This document shows positions 36,235 to 49,493 of a DNA stretch of 64,000 nt, piece after piece; position 1 is the first letter of the stretch, and each line of letters opens with the position of its first letter. The stretch spans positions 33,666,001 through 33,730,000 of the forward strand of contig CM126207.1 in NCBI GenBank assembly GCA_052327205.1, written 5' to 3'. Origin of the DNA: Somniosus microcephalus (lineage: Eukaryota). The notes under the pieces were generated by a model. That model did no database searches. It saw nothing but the letters and a program-made list of their open reading frames with translations, and was not told the DNA's origin. The position numbers were made by a program, and so were the translations under genes.

Positions 36235-37749
36235 GGCCACGATTTCCTCTATCTCGGTGGGTCCATGGTGGGCGAGGTTGGTGGCGGGTCCTGGCCCTGC
36301 TGCTGGCTCCAGCCCACTGTCCAAACTGATTTTCTCCTGATTGGGCTTGTTAAGCCCGCCCAGCGTGTTTGCCGGCCAATTGAAGGAAGCGGGTCTGATG
36401 ACGTCATTTGATGACGCATCATCAGCCAGTTTCCTTAAAGGGACCATGCGCAAATTGATTTTGACAGTTGTGCTGTCAGTGTTCTACAGCATTGAGGTGC
36501 TGCAAACACTGACAAGCACTGCACAGAGGTGCACAGCTACACCCAGGCTCTCCCATTACTCCCTCCATATGCTTATGGAGGGAGTCACAGCATGCAGGGA
36601 GGTTCTCTTCCCTTCCAGTGGGCGGAAGAGACCTCCCCAGGAGACCAACGCAGCCTGGTTGCACATTGCACAGGAGGACACAAGCAGGGATGTCGTCAGG
36701 AGGACCAGGCTGCAGTGGCACACACCTTTCAATGATCTCAATAGATCATGAAACGTTACTGCAAAGCCACACTCAACCTCATCCTGCTGTGCCTCTCATC
36801 ACATCTCCATCACTCTGCCTCCCCTACCCTACTCCTGCACATCCTTCTCACACCAACTTACCTTGCACCTCCACCCATCCCTCTCTATTACATTATCACT
36901 TCCCCATCTCACTAGCCACCCCTCACACTCACCCTCATCCTAGTCCAATCATATCAACTAACAACACACTTGTGTGTTTTAGCCAATGTTCATGTGAAGT
37001 TTCTGTTAATGTGCTGTCAAACATTGAAACCTTTATTTTGAACACTTTGCGTACTTGGACAGATCTGTGTGCACCTTTGGAAGTGGCTTAATGAGTTGCA
37101 GTGAATGGTGAAACATAACAGTACCCCCCGCAATGGTGATGAGTGTGAAAGAAATGGCTTGGGCATTGTAGGGATGTTTTATAGTGTTGACATGGGGTGA
37201 TGCCAGCCTGGCACATCATGTGGCAGCCAGGGTGTACAGTGTCAAGTGAAGTAAATCTGGTTATGGTGAGGCCATCCCTGGCCTCCCGGGCAGCAATGTG
37301 GTCGGGTCGGGTGCTGATGCCCTCTGTCCTGTGCAGCATCAGTTGCTTGCAAAGAAGGTTGGTGTTGTTGCTGGTGCTGCTGGCGTGCCTGGTGCTGCTG
37401 GTGTTGGGGCTGATCGTGGTGAGATTCTGAGGACTAAGGTGAGATAGTTTCAAGGGCACCGATGCTAATATAGTAGATGGCAGGTGAACTTGAGATGACA
37501 GAAGTGATCTGTCAGTGGTGAGAGATGTTGTTTCAATGAGGTGACACTGGATACAGAGTTTACTCCAAACATTTGCAACCTGCATAAAGCTCAGGTTGTC
37601 AGGTCTGTTCAGCGCTGACAGACCCGACATCTGGGAAAGGCGCGTGGCGGTGGGTTGACAGAGGGGTCTCGACCCGCTGGTTAAATAAAACATTTTTCCA
37701 CCTGACCTGCCACCAAACACGCCCACTGGCCCCCTGCAAAATTCCCCCC
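36235..37749. mobile_element. Internally deleted PIF/Harbinger transposon (1515 bp)
   Basis: Termini GGCCACGATTTC / AAAATTCCCCCC with ATT on both sides (36232-36234, 37750-37752); contains a Myb/SANT remnant (+) and a probable transposase C-terminus (-). Confidence 0.8.
36520..36751 (+). pseudogene. Harbinger Myb/SANT-like DNA-binding domain remnant (NAIF1/MSANTD type)
   Basis: TPRLSHYSLHMLMEGVTACREVLFPSSGRKRPPQETNAAWLHIAQEDTSRDVVRRTRLQWHTPFNDL fits the PRFS..LE.L...V....LF....W..IA..V....RT..QC.K.F.DL pattern. Confidence 0.8.
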
Positions 37750-37968
37750 ATTGCATTTGTGCGTAAAGTTTGCTGATCGGAATTTATACCCTTTCATATC
37801 GTTGAGCAAGAATGGGGAAATAAGATCTTCATATTGGGCTAACATGTCCTTTCAGGGGTTGGTATTGTGTAAAGCAGCGCCCACAATCTGTGGAAGCGGA
37901 ATAATATTAACATGGCCTTATTTAAGGTCTGTCCGTATTTTTTTTAAAAGATAGTTTAACAGTTTGAA

Positions 37969-38097
37969 CTAATGAAGGGTCTACACCTGAAACATTAATC
38001 TGTCTCTTTTCTTTACAGATGTGGATGGACTTGCTGTGCATTTCCAGCATTTTCTGTTTTTATTTTAGATTTCCAGCATTTGCAGTGTTTTTTGGTT
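37969..38097 (+). mobile_element. Solo Penelope-like 3' terminus with decayed hammerhead
   Basis: CTAATGAAGGGTCTACACCTGAAACATTAA..TTTCCAGCATTTTCTGTTTTTATTTTAGATTTCCAGCATTTGCAG matches the reverse complement of 1528-1660. Confidence 0.8.
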
Positions 38098-39685
38098 CCT
38101 ATCATTGACATTTGAACTTAATAATTACATGCAGATACTCAGGAGGTGTAACCACATTTAAACCTCTCCTTCTCCCAAGGACCATGGGACTGTATAGATG
38201 CAGTAAAATCAATTGGGAAAAGCTAATATAGTCTTCTTGTTATTTTGAGTTATCTGATTTGTATTGTTTGTACTTTAGCCATCAAGTGAGGGAATACAAA
38301 TCTATTAAAGAGCTTGGATTCATACCAGTAACTAATTGTAAGCCATTATTTTATACTAAGGATTCATTAGTCACATCCATGTCAAGCGTAGAACTGGTGT
38401 CAGATGTTTTTTAGAAGAAAGCACACCAGGACAGGTATGGAACTCATCAGTCTGGGTCAAAGTTCAGCCTCATTAAAGAGCTGAAATGAAAACCTGTAGT
38501 GTCTATCGTACAGCACACAGGCTAATCTGCCTGCTGCCTCTGTACAATGTCCCCAGCCCCCATGCCTCATCCTTCACACTTGAATAGTCAAATAACCAGG
38601 CCACCTCCCAGACATACAAACAAGATCAAGAGGTGAAGGTACTGACATGTCTGCTCTTTCTGCATTATAATAAAAAGTGCAAAGAAACAAAACCAAATTC
38701 TGAAACTGTCCCATGTGTGATACCACGGAGATAAATTAAACGGCAGTAGCAAAATAAGCATAAGAGTTAGACTCAGCTAAATTTTATTCCGGGTTGTTTT
38801 AAACACTTGTCCAGGCAGAGTTAAATGTAGAGTCTTGGCTCACCCAGCCGCTTCCTGCCCACCTGGGAGGTCAGTGTTTGATTGTAGCAAAAGAGAGGGA
38901 AGTTACCACACAGCACCATTGGTCCCAAGCTGTGCTGTGATGGGCATGTTTGGGGGAATTTGAAACATGCGGAGATAAGAGTTGGAGACCAGCCATTGAA
39001 ATGCGGGATGAATATACGTCAAGCCGGCACAGGTGCGTTAAGCAGAGCTGTGAGTGAACTGCCATTATTTAGCTGCTCCTTGTAATGCACAATTATACTG
39101 GCGTGTATATTGAGCATGGTTGCCTGTAATGGCTGAAAAACAGGCTGTGCTTTTCTGTATGCTCTTCGAAAGCTTCAGCTGTTTTTAAACTTGTTTTTTT
39201 CCTCACCCAAAGGAATATTGAATGACATCATCAATTGTTTCCATCCATTCTTGCGCTCTTTCGACCAGTTGGTTCAATAATATTAAGATTTGACTTTGCC
39301 AATTTACCACCTCCCTTCTGTGCCCCATTCCAGTCCACCAATAACTTAGGGACTGTTATAAAGGGTGCAGTCATACTTCTACTTTCGCATTAATGCAAAG
39401 TGTTTTCGGATGTGAAAATGACACCATCATTTGAGAGGCAAGTCCTGACCTGACTCCTAAATATTAAAGTGTAAGACCCCACTAGAACACTTTTTCACAC
39501 TATTTTGTAGTTTGCACTGGCTGCAGCATAACCCTATCCTAGTGCAGAACAGCATTTTAAAAGAGCTAGAATCTTCAAGGTGTGGGATATTGGCTTTTTG
39601 AGAAGTGGTTCTTTTGAGGTGTATCTAGTAAGCTGTACTGGGCACATAACAGGCTCCTGGTGAGCTTCTTATTACAATTCATAAG

Positions 39686-39910
39686 GGGTTCCCCAGGGAG
39701 GTATGATAGGCCCTATTGTGTTTCTCATTTTGATCAGTGATCTGGCAGCTATAATCAGAAGTAATGATGTCCTGTTTGCTGATGACACCATCTTCTACAG
39801 AACACTTAACTCCCCATCTACTGAGTCACTTGAGGCAGGTATAGCAAAATTGGACAGAAGGTGAAGACATTGGGATATCTTTCATCCAAAGAAAATCGAA
39901 TCATTAACTG
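39686..39910 (+). mobile_element. Ancient non-LTR RT fragment
   Basis: Manual translation GVPQGGMIGPIVFLILISDL..VLFADDTIFYR..; not in the ORF track. Confidence 0.8.
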
Positions 39911-40982
39911 CTGAGAATGATGGGTTGTGATGTTGCCTCCCTATAGCGGCAGCAAACTCTCTTCCGTTACATTCAGCTGCTTTGTTCGGTCATTGCATCT
40001 GATCTGTGCTAGAGTTAACAACTGGCATTGATGACTGGAAAAGCCGATGGCAATCTCCAGAAAGTTTTTCCATATTTGTCACTACAGCCAGCTTTATCAG
40101 TCTACAAGACTTCTACCTGCCCAGGGATGAGATATTGTAACTCTGTTTAACAGGCTGCAGAGAAAACCCATCTGTTGCTCCTGGAATGAGTGCAGTGCAG
40201 TCCAAAACCATGCAGACCACTGGACTTGTTGAGTATGGCCAGCTGCTGGCCAGAGTCCACTGAACAGGCATGACTGTGCTGTCGGCCTTCCACAAGGTTA
40301 TGATTGGAGTGGCACCACAAGGGTTGCTGGTGCTTAAGCCAGACCTCCATGTGAATGCCAGGAAGCCAAAAGCTGCAAAGACTCCACATTTGTATCAGTG
40401 CCAGGGTTGAAGCTTCACACATCACTTCTCTTGCCTGTTCAGTTCTCTATAAGGCTGCATTACCTTACAGCAGCCTGACTTTTGGCAGCATTGCTCTAAG
40501 GTAAATGAGATGGTGCTGCATCCTCCAGGGAGACCAAGACCCACCTAGAGAAGGGCTTTTCACTGATATCCCCATAGACAGCAGTGCCTCAGCTGTAATA
40601 ATAAACATGGCCTTAGGAGGCGCTGCTCACTATCTTTTTTTTTGGTCTGCTCAGCTTTCCACTGGCTGGCCTTCCCCAGCCATTAAGAAGGTTTGGTGGC
40701 TAGAAATTAAAACTGAGAATCCCAGCTTCCCAATTGTGCATTTTGTTTGTTACTCCAGTGCGGTGGAATCTGACCTGATTCAAAAGCAGCAGGAGCTTTT
40801 GTGCTAAATTGCAGAACAGTTTCTTCAAGCTTATCCTGGAATTTAAATGTGCATTAGACCATGTCATTGCCTGGAACTTTATCCTCTTCATGCAGATGTT
40901 TAAATGCAACACTAAACATTACTTGTTGACCTGGGTTTGCTGGAGCATAAATTAGCTTATCTGTCTTACCTTTTAACATTCT

Positions 40983-41320
40983 AACAACAACTTACATTTA
41001 TATAGCGCCTTTAACATAATAAACATCCGAAGATGCTTCATAGGAGCATTATCAAACAAAATTTGACACCAAGCAACATAAGGAGATATTAGGACAAAGA
41101 GATAGGTTTTAAGGAGTGTCTTAAAGGAGGAGAGAGAGGTAGAGAGATGGAGAGTTTTAGGAAGGGAATTCCACAGCTTGGGACCTAAGAAGTTGAAGGC
41201 ATGGCTGACAAGGATGAGAATTTTAAAATCGAGGCATTGCCACTGCAGGTCAGGGGTGGTGGGTGAACAGGACTTGGTGCGAGTTAGGATACGGGTAGCA
41301 GAGTTCTGGATAAGCTCAAG
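40983..41320 (-). mobile_element. L2 LINE 3' fragment with internal deletions
   Basis: LELIQNSATRILTRTK..LDFKILILV..GPKLWNSLPK..FKTLLKTYLF; (CAA)n tail. Confidence 0.85.
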
Positions 41321-42354
41321 TCCAATCACTCGCTATGGTCCAGGGACTATCAGCATGAATTTTGTGAGATCTGCCGTTGTTACTGTAGTGTCTGACTGTG
41401 CTCTTTTGTTATGTCATTTAATATACCAAGGGGAAAAAAGGATCTGCTTTGCTGGGCAGGTCTCAGTAGTCTGCGCTAATCAGGCCTTTTGGTAATTTCA
41501 TTGCTGCTTATTAATTATTTTGCTCAGCGTACAAATTAAATCTGTCACATGTGATGTTACAAAATGAATCTGTCAAAGTTGAAGACAATTATCTGTTAAA
41601 TATTAACACATCTCCTATGTTGTTGCTCATGTGTATTATCATATCGTAAGCATGCTTGTGATGTTTAGCTACTAACCTTTAAGGGCACTGCTCTGAAAAG
41701 GCAAATCCAAGTAATTGTAGCTACTTACAACCTTCTGAGAACAATTAGAGAGGCATTGTAGCTACTTATAAACATTAGGCTTAAGGACAATGAGTCATTT
41801 ACATTGTTCTAAGATTGTTTGCATTTGACACAAAGTATACTACTGTATTAGCACACTGAACGGAATACTTTCTAACTGGAGCTCTCCCTTGGCATTGCTC
41901 AAGGTGAGCCAGCAGCTAGGCTGTTGGAAGGAGGGTGATGGGGTACGGAAGATGGGGAGGGGTGCACATCTGCGGTGAAAGAATTTTGAATGACATTCCC
42001 TGTAGTTATCTAGGAAAGGCGTGAATCCCTTGCATTGCTATGGGTGAATCAATTTAGTTATTGAAACACTTTCATTTCACTGATCAGCAGAGAGCGTTGC
42101 ACATTTTCATGCTCATCTTCCCTTTGTTTGACATTCACTCTAATTACTTCATATCCTTATAGCATTTTATTGAAATGCATCTAAAGTCATGCTCACTGAA
42201 ATGTCTCTTTCACAATTTAATCTATATCGCTAAAGCAAAATTATTAATGGAAACAGATATATTTGATGATGAAATCTGAGTTGACTGAATGCTGATGTTT
42301 CCTGATCCAGACTGATGGTATGTATGGTGAGTGTAGGAGTATTTAGCTGTAAAT

Positions 42355-42800
42355 GTGTCAGCTGTGTCTCAGTGGGTAGCACTCTTGCCTCTGAGACAAG
42401 GTTGTGGGTTCAAGTCCCACTCCAGAGACTTGAGCACAAAAATCTAGGCTGACACTCCAGCGCAGTGCTGAGGGAGAGCTGCACTGTTGGAAGTGCCATC
42501 TTTCAGATGAGATGTTAAACCGAGGCCCCATCTACTCTCTCAGGTGGACGTAAAAGATCCCATGGCACTATTTCGAAGCACAGCAGTGAATTCTCTCTGG
42601 TGTCCTGAACAATATTTATCCCTCAACCAACATTACTAAAACAGACTATTTGGTCATTATCACATTGCTGTTTGTGAGAGCTTGCTGTGTGCAAATTGGC
42701 TGCCGTGTTTCCTACATTACAATAGTGACTATATTCTAAAAATACTTCAAGTGCTTTGGGACGTTGTAAAAGGTGCCATATAAATGCAAGTCTTTCTTTT
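42355..42800 (+). mobile_element. Deu-domain SINE, full length
   Basis: GTGTCAGCTGTGTCTCAGTGGGTAGC..GGTTCAAGTCCC head, Deu core, L2-type tail. Confidence 0.9.
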
Positions 42801-43579
42801 GTTTTTAAATGTTCTTCAATTAATCAGTTCACTTTTATGTTTTTTTTTACCTTTTTTAATTTCCACCCGTTGTAAGAATAATGTGCTAATTTACGTAAAG
42901 GTTTAAATTTGCTTCACAACTTAGAAGCTGCTAATATCTCCCAGTAATTACAAATTAGCCCATGATTGTTAGCTCTCTAGATAACAATGATTTGACGGAA
43001 CCCTCATCACGTAATCCCTCACTCACCTGCCAGTCTGTCAGTCAGTAACTGCCGAACCATCGTATCCTGATTGTGAATCTGTGATTGATGCATTTGGCCT
43101 AGAACTTCCCCAATATACATAGAGGAAGCAGGAGGGCTGAAGAGATAGTGCTCAGTTTTCTTTCTCAGTCCCTGTTTCCTAACTCTAATCACCTTCTGCT
43201 GTGGGAAAGAGATGCGATGTGGCCTAAAAACAGATCATTGTCCGCCTCCTAGATTAATGTAGAGAATGCAGTATTGTCCACTGAATGGATAAACCTTCCT
43301 GCTGTCAGTCAGAACCTAAACTCAACGCTACTTCATTTCTAAGAGGCTTATCTTCCTTGAATGGGCCCTTGCAGCTCAAGTAAGAGGCGATGTAATGAAG
43401 CGTGTTTTCTAAAGTGAGAGACCTGCTGAAAAGGGGGTGGGGGGGGGGGGAGAAAGACCCGTGCAGCTGTTATAAGGGATCTTTGCAGACTCTTGAAAGA
43501 ATCATCATCTATCTGGAAAAATAGAGAAAGAAAATCGACAAAAGGAGATCAAGTTCATATCAGCCCCTCTGCATCAGTT

Positions 43580-43900
43580 TATATGCATGTATGCATGCAC
43601 ACTTATATGCTAGTAGGAGGGAAAGGGCTGTATGTCTGTGTGCACAAGTCCATGTGTGCACACACGGAATGAAGGGGAATCACTGTGTGTTTATGTGTGT
43701 ATCGAAAAGGGAAGAAAAGTCATTATGTGTGTGTACACGGGAAGGGAAAGGGCATCACTGTTTGTGTGTGTGTGCACCTGTGTATACAAGGAGGGAAGGG
43801 GAGCCAATGTGTGTGTGTATGTGCTTGTGTGTGCTTGCAGGCACGTATGTGTTGGAAGTAGTGAAGGGGTGTCACTGGGGATATGTGTGCCTGTATAGGT
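43580..43900. repeat. Degenerate (GT)n / GAGGGAAGGG minisatellite
   Basis: Alternating GT-rich tracts and purine blocks with a period of about 40-45 bp. Confidence 0.7.
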
Positions 43901-43906
43901 ACACGC

Positions 43907-44056
43907 CAACATCCCTCTAAGCTGCACAGCCGTGTAGCTCTCTGCTGGTCCCACGCAGCCCGGGACTGGCTTTTCCAATGTTAAATGCGCAAAACTGTGA
44001 ATGGGCCATGCAGCCCCTTAAAGGGTGCTCCCAAAAAAAAATTAGGGGGAACATTG
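43907..44056. mobile_element. hAT MITE, same family as 8858-9005, opposite orientation
   Basis: Ends GGGAACATTG; shares GCAGCCCCTTAAAGGG; flanks GTACACGC / GTACACAT (6/8 TSD). Confidence 0.8.
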
Positions 44057-44726
44057 GTACACATTTTAGTCAGGTGACAAGTACTATACTGTTAGTGTAG
44101 TTTGTTCATCGAGTGCAATGAAATCTCTGAACTTTAGCTGCAGAATTTTTATTGATTTTTTTTTCCGAGGAATCCCTGTCAGTAATAGGGCACCTGTGTT
44201 GTGCATCTCCACTGAACAAAGGAAAAGCAGACTGGCTCTTGATTTTCACCTTTTCTTGCTTCGTATTGTCTGTGATTTCAAATCACAACTACCAGATTTT
44301 CTAAATTCCATGATTAAGTGCTTATATTGTACACCCATAGCATTGAAATTACCATTAGCTGGTCGCTGTTTCATTTTATGGCAGGCCTAGGGGAAGCTAA
44401 TGACGTGACTCAAAGTCTTCAGAGGCTCCAAAACAGAAGAAAATTGTTATAAATGTAATATTAACACTGTTAAGGCAAGGGTCGAATGCATTAAACCAGG
44501 AGATGACCTCATAACTTGCGTGAGACAAAATTGAGAATCGTGGATCACTCACGCCCACTATAATTAAAGTTTTTTTTTCAGAATATCTTGTGGAAGGCCC
44601 CTAGTATAAAAGGTTAATTGGTAATTCACTGGATGCCATTTCACTATAAAACACTAGTATTAATAATGTGGATGGGCTATGGTTTAAAAATTTCAAGCTT
44701 TCTCTTCAGTGTGCAAGACACATATA

Positions 44727-44907
44727 GGAGGTGAAATTGGTCTTGAGCGAGAGCGCATAACAATTGATAGTGAATCGGCCGCCCATTTTACACCTCGCCC
44801 GATTTTTGTCTTCCAAACAATCGACTAAAAATTGGGCAGAGTGTAAAACGAGCTGCTGATTCGTTATTGTCCGGTTTATGCTATCGCTCAGAAATGATTT
44901 CACCCCC
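44727..44907. mobile_element. Palindromic Harbinger-type MITE
   Basis: GGAGGTGAAATTGG..TGAGCGAGAGCGCATAA..TTTTACAC pairs with GTGTAAAA..TTATGCTATCGCTCA..GATTTCACCCCC; flanks ATA/ACA. Confidence 0.8.
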
Positions 44908-45504
44908 ACAATCTCATGCAGAGGGTGAGACCAGTCCAAATTATGGGATAGCTCCAAAATACACTGTAGAAAAACATTCACCACTCATTTAGGAGAAATT
45001 ATTTTGATGAATCCTGGAAAATGTAAAGTTGGCAGATTGATGAATTGATATTTATACTTCAATTATTATTTTCCTTTTCATTGTTTTGTTTCACTGTTTC
45101 TCTCTTCCCCAACCTTCCTCCTTCACCTTCACAGAAGAATAATCTGTAACATGGTCTTTTGCTTGCCTGTTCTCCTCAGTGTTGCTCGAGCTTATTGGTA
45201 GGCTTCTGTAAGATGGGGCGGGTCCTCCTAGCCTTTCCTCCTCCTCTCCCTCCAAATGGAGGATTTCACGCTTCCAAAGTGTTTATACATGAAGGGGGTT
45301 ATGCCTGAATTACTGTCAATACATTTGGACTCTGGTCCTGTGAGATAGAGTCTAATGCTTTACCATTAGCAATTAACAAGCACTCCAAATATGAGACTCA
45401 TGCTGTACTGCTTGAGCAGCCAAGCCTTCTGAATAAAAGTTTAACATTCTACTGCTAGAGCTATTACATCATCATAATGGGAGTCCAGCACTTTACTGCC
45501 TATC

Positions 45505-45914
45505 TCCCTTATCCTTGTTGACTTTCATTGGTGCTCTGTCTCTCAGTGCATCAATATCAAAACCCTCGTCTTTGTCTTCAAATCTTTCCACTACCTCATT
45601 CCTCCAAACCTCTGCAACCTCCTCCAGTCCTATTTTCTAACTCTAGCCAACAGTGCATTCTCTCCCATTTTCTTTGTTCGACCATTGGTGACAGAGTCTT
45701 CAGCCACCTTGATCTCACATGTTGCAGCTCCCTTCCAAAACACATATTTGTTTTGCTACATTTCCTCCCACCTTTAAAGACTTCCTCAAAACCTATCTCT
45801 TTGGCAGCACCTTCAGCCATCACCCTTATCCTCCTTCCTAATGTAACTCGGATCTGACAGCCAACTGTGATGCACTTTGGGCACGTTAAAGGTACTCTAA
45901 AAATATAAGTTGTT
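45505..45914 (+). mobile_element. Degenerate L2 3' fragment
   Basis: CTTCATTGG..AAAACCCTCGTCTTTGTCTTCAAATC..GCACTTTGGGCACGTTAAAGG..AAGTTGTTG. Confidence 0.7.
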
Positions 45915-46149
45915 GAGTCTTCTGAATGATAAGCCAACACTGGCGATTACAGATTGTCATTGGGAAAGGTCATTTGGTCTAGCAAAATCTTTTTAGAACT
46001 ATTAGCACCAATGTTACTCTTTGAAAGTAGCTGAGGCATCTGTATGGGGATACTGGGCATTACCACAAATGCTTCTGAGCTCTCCCAATAGGATTCCAGT
46101 GCCCTATCACTTGAAGTGGAAGCAAAATCTAAAGAGCAATTTATACATC

Positions 46150-46875
46150 ATCAAAGCCATAGGGTCAACTTCCAGAAGAATGCTGATAACATCCAGCTCT
46201 ACCTCTACACCACCTCTCTTGACCCTTCTATTGTTTCTGTGCCATTGGCCTCTGCCACAAACTCTGCATCCTCACCACCAAATTCATCCCCCCACCACGA
46301 CCATTGCCTCAGGCTGAACCAGATTGTTCGCAACCTTAGCATCCTATCCGGCCTGAGATGAGCTTCTAACCCCATATCGTATCCATCACAAAGACTGCCT
46401 ACTTCCACCGCCATAACTGACCTCAGTCCATCTGCTGCTGAAAGCCTCATCCATACCTTTGTCACCTCCGGACTCGACTATTCCAACACTCTCCTTGTTG
46501 GCCATGCAACCTCCACCCTCTGCAAACTTCAGCTCATCCAAAACTCTGATGCCCATGTCTTATCCCATGGCACGTCTCATTCGCCCATCACATCGATTCT
46601 CATTGACCTACATTGGCTCCCAGTCACCAACACCTAAAATTTTAAATTCACATTCTTCTGTTTAAATCGCTCCATGGCTTCCCCACTCCTTATATCTGTA
46701 TCCTAATCTAGTGCTCCAATCCTCTCCACCAAATTATTCATTCCTGTGACTCTGGCCTCATGTCTCACACTCCCCCACCCTCCCCACCCACCCACCAGCC
46801 ACTGCTGCCCGCCCACCCGCCCACCATTAGCCTTCAGTTACCTATGTCTCACTTTCTGGAATACCCTCCCTAACT
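46150..46875 (+). mobile_element. Degenerate L2 ORF2 fragment
   Basis: ADNIQLYLYT, VRNLSIL, LIHTFVTSGLDYSNTLL, LQLIQNS, DLHWL motifs. Confidence 0.8.
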
Positions 46876-47578
46876 CTGGCCCTGAGATATTGGACAGGGT
46901 CAAGGACACCTCCATGGAGTGGGCAGAAGTTCCCCGACCCATACCACCCCTTCTTTCCCCCGCCTCCCTGCCCCCCTCCCCCCTCCCTCCCATCCCCCAG
47001 ATGCTGCTCTAGGAATTTTTAGAGATAAATAATTGCCACCAATGGAGACACACCAAGTCAGGCCCTTCCTCCCTGCTAGGTTATTTTATGTCATCAAAAA
47101 TACTGGTCATCTCACTGAAAGCAACAAATGTCTATAACTTGAATTGGCATGAGTCAGTGAAAAGCCAGCAGATGCCGGGGAAAGCTCTGTGCATGCTGTA
47201 CTCTGAGCTGTTCCAGATCAGTTCTCAGGCTAGTTTAAACTTCAAACCTTCATTTTGAGTGGAGCCATTCTGGAGCTCTCCCTGTCAGAAGCTTTTTCTA
47301 TCAGGGAAGTAGAAACCTGACCTGGTGGACCACCGTCCTAATTTGAACCTGTTTCAGGGTTCTTTGCAATTCAAGATTGATGAAAATGAATAATTTTATT
47401 ATGGTTTTAACACAGCAGTTGTATACCGGAGCATTCAGCAGTTCCCAGCCTCAGCTAACTATTTCACCTTGGAAGTTTGGCAAGGTCTATTTCTAACTTA
47501 TCAGTTCATTGAAACACATCCGACAATGATTATTAAAGAATTATGTAACATACAAATCTGAACGGATACTGACACTTA

Positions 47579-47972
47579 GGGGGGTCAATTTTAACTCTAG
47601 ACACCTGGTGGAATCTGGCCATGTTGGTAATTAAATCCCAGTAGGTTAATTACCCGCTTGGATTTCACCCCTTTCTCACCGCCTGCGAACTTAACCTGCA
47701 GGATTCTGTAGGGAGCTGAGGTGCTGCCAAAAGCAGGCAGGGGCCTTATGCAAATTAGTGACCTATTTCGTCAAAAGGACCCCACTTGCATTTTAACCCG
47801 GGCCTGACCTGAGAAGCCACCACGACATTGCTGCCAGGTGAATGCAGGTTGGCAGCTGTCAGGAGGACAAATATGCCAAAGAGGTAAGTGAAAATCTTTC
47901 CATTGTGGTGCCAGGAGGAGCAGGAGTGATTGAGGGCATGTAGATGAGAGGCTTGGGAGTTAAATTACCCTG
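47579..47972. mobile_element. Probable Harbinger-type MITE (a related fragment may lie at about 32780-33175)
   Basis: GGGGGGTCAATTTTAACTC ... GAGTTAAATTACCCTG inverted termini. Confidence 0.5.
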
Positions 47973-48014
47973 GGCGTCAAACTTAGGCCAGCCAGTGCGT
48001 TGTACACTTGCCCT

Positions 48015-48365
48015 GTCCTCTGGGACTGCAGTGTTTTTCCACGAGAGCTATCAAGTCCTTCCAACGGTGCTTGGAGCTTTTCCACCACATCTACCACACC
48101 CTCCTAATGGGAATGCAGCATTTTGCTACCAGAGCTACCAACCCCTCTCATTAGGAATCCAGGACACTATTTGGGAATCCAACACCCTACCATTAGCACT
48201 ATCAAGTCCTCCCAATGGAAGCCGAGTACTCTTCCACCAGAAATACTAGTCTCTCAATGGGTGCCCAGAACACTATCAACAGAGCTAGCAGTCCTCCTGA
48301 TGAATGATCAGAACTCTAACACTAGCGGTACTGCCTTCTTCCAATGGAATTCCAGAACTTTCCTG
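48015..48365. repeat. Highly degenerate ~40-bp tandem repeat
   Basis: Recurring TTCCACCAGAGCTAYCAA...CCTCCYAATGGGAAT blocks, roughly 8 units. Confidence 0.55.
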
Positions 48366-49064
48366 ATAAAGTTATTCTGATTTTGCCTAAACTTTCATAA
48401 TTTTGGAATGTATCTCTTGTCGTGTGGAATATGGATTTGGAGCTAACCAAGTCAAAAGCTATAAAAGTCTCCATGTTCTGAATACTAAGGATTGTAAGCA
48501 AAAAGCGTGAAGACAATTTCAGTTCTGTTCCCAGTGGGCTCAAGCCTCAGCCATGCAGCATGATGAGTCCTTTTCAATCTGGTGATGAACAATACTATTT
48601 CTGAGAGTTTCAGCAAGATGATTGATAGACATAGAACATGAAATATGAAAAAGTCACGCTAGTGTGATAGGGTTCCATTTCGAAGCGAAGTTTGCGTTTC
48701 ATTCAGGGTGTCCAGAATGTCCACCTCGCCCCTGTCTTATCTCACTTGATGCTGCACCTGGGTGGTAAATGTAAAAACATGCGGTGGTAGAGCATTGCCA
48801 TTCATTACCTTGTTGAGAATAAAGATACAAAAATCGTTACATCCAAAAATGTTTCATCTGCTGACCTTTGTCTGTCACACGGCAGACATCACTGTTTGTT
48901 ACAGATGTAAAACAATATTTTTTTTTAAATGAGCGAAAAAGCTAGCGGTTTAATGTGATGTGTTTCTGACCTTGTGCCTAATGTATACAATGCATTTATC
49001 AATATCTGTAATTTGTTCAAAAAACAACAATTAAACTCAATTTCACTTCAGGCTCTTTTTACAG

Positions 49065-49493
49065 GTGTCAGCTGTGGCTCAGTGGTAGCAGTCTCACCTC
49101 TGAGTCAGTAGGTCCTGGGTTCAAGTTGCACTTCAAGAAACTTGAGCACAAAAATCTAGGCTGACACTCCAGTGCAGTACTGAGGGAGTGCTGCACTGTC
49201 GGAGGTGCCGTCTTTCGGATGAGACGTTAAACCAAGGCCCCGTCTGCCCTCTCAGGTGGATGTGAAGGATCCCATGGCATTATTTGAAGAAGAGCAGGGG
49301 AGTTCTCTCTGGTTCCCAACCGCAATACTTATCCCTCAACCAACATCACTAAAAAAAAAACAGATTATCTTGTCATTATCACATTCCTGGTTGTGGGATG
49401 TTTCCTACATTACTTCAAAAAGTACTTAATGGCTGTAAAGCACTTTAGAACATTGTGGAAAGTGCTATATAAATGCAAGTTCTTTCTTTTCTT
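49065..49493 (+). mobile_element. Deu-domain SINE, full length
   Basis: GTGTCAGCTGTGGCTCAGTGGTAGC head; core TGAGGGAGTGCTGCACTGTCGGAGGTGCCGTCTTTCGGATGAGACGTTAAACC; L2-type tail. Confidence 0.9.

Noticed and set aside
43591-43978. Cys/Val-rich ORFs (similarly 6134-6441)
   Set aside because: Translations of (GT)n-rich simple repeats.
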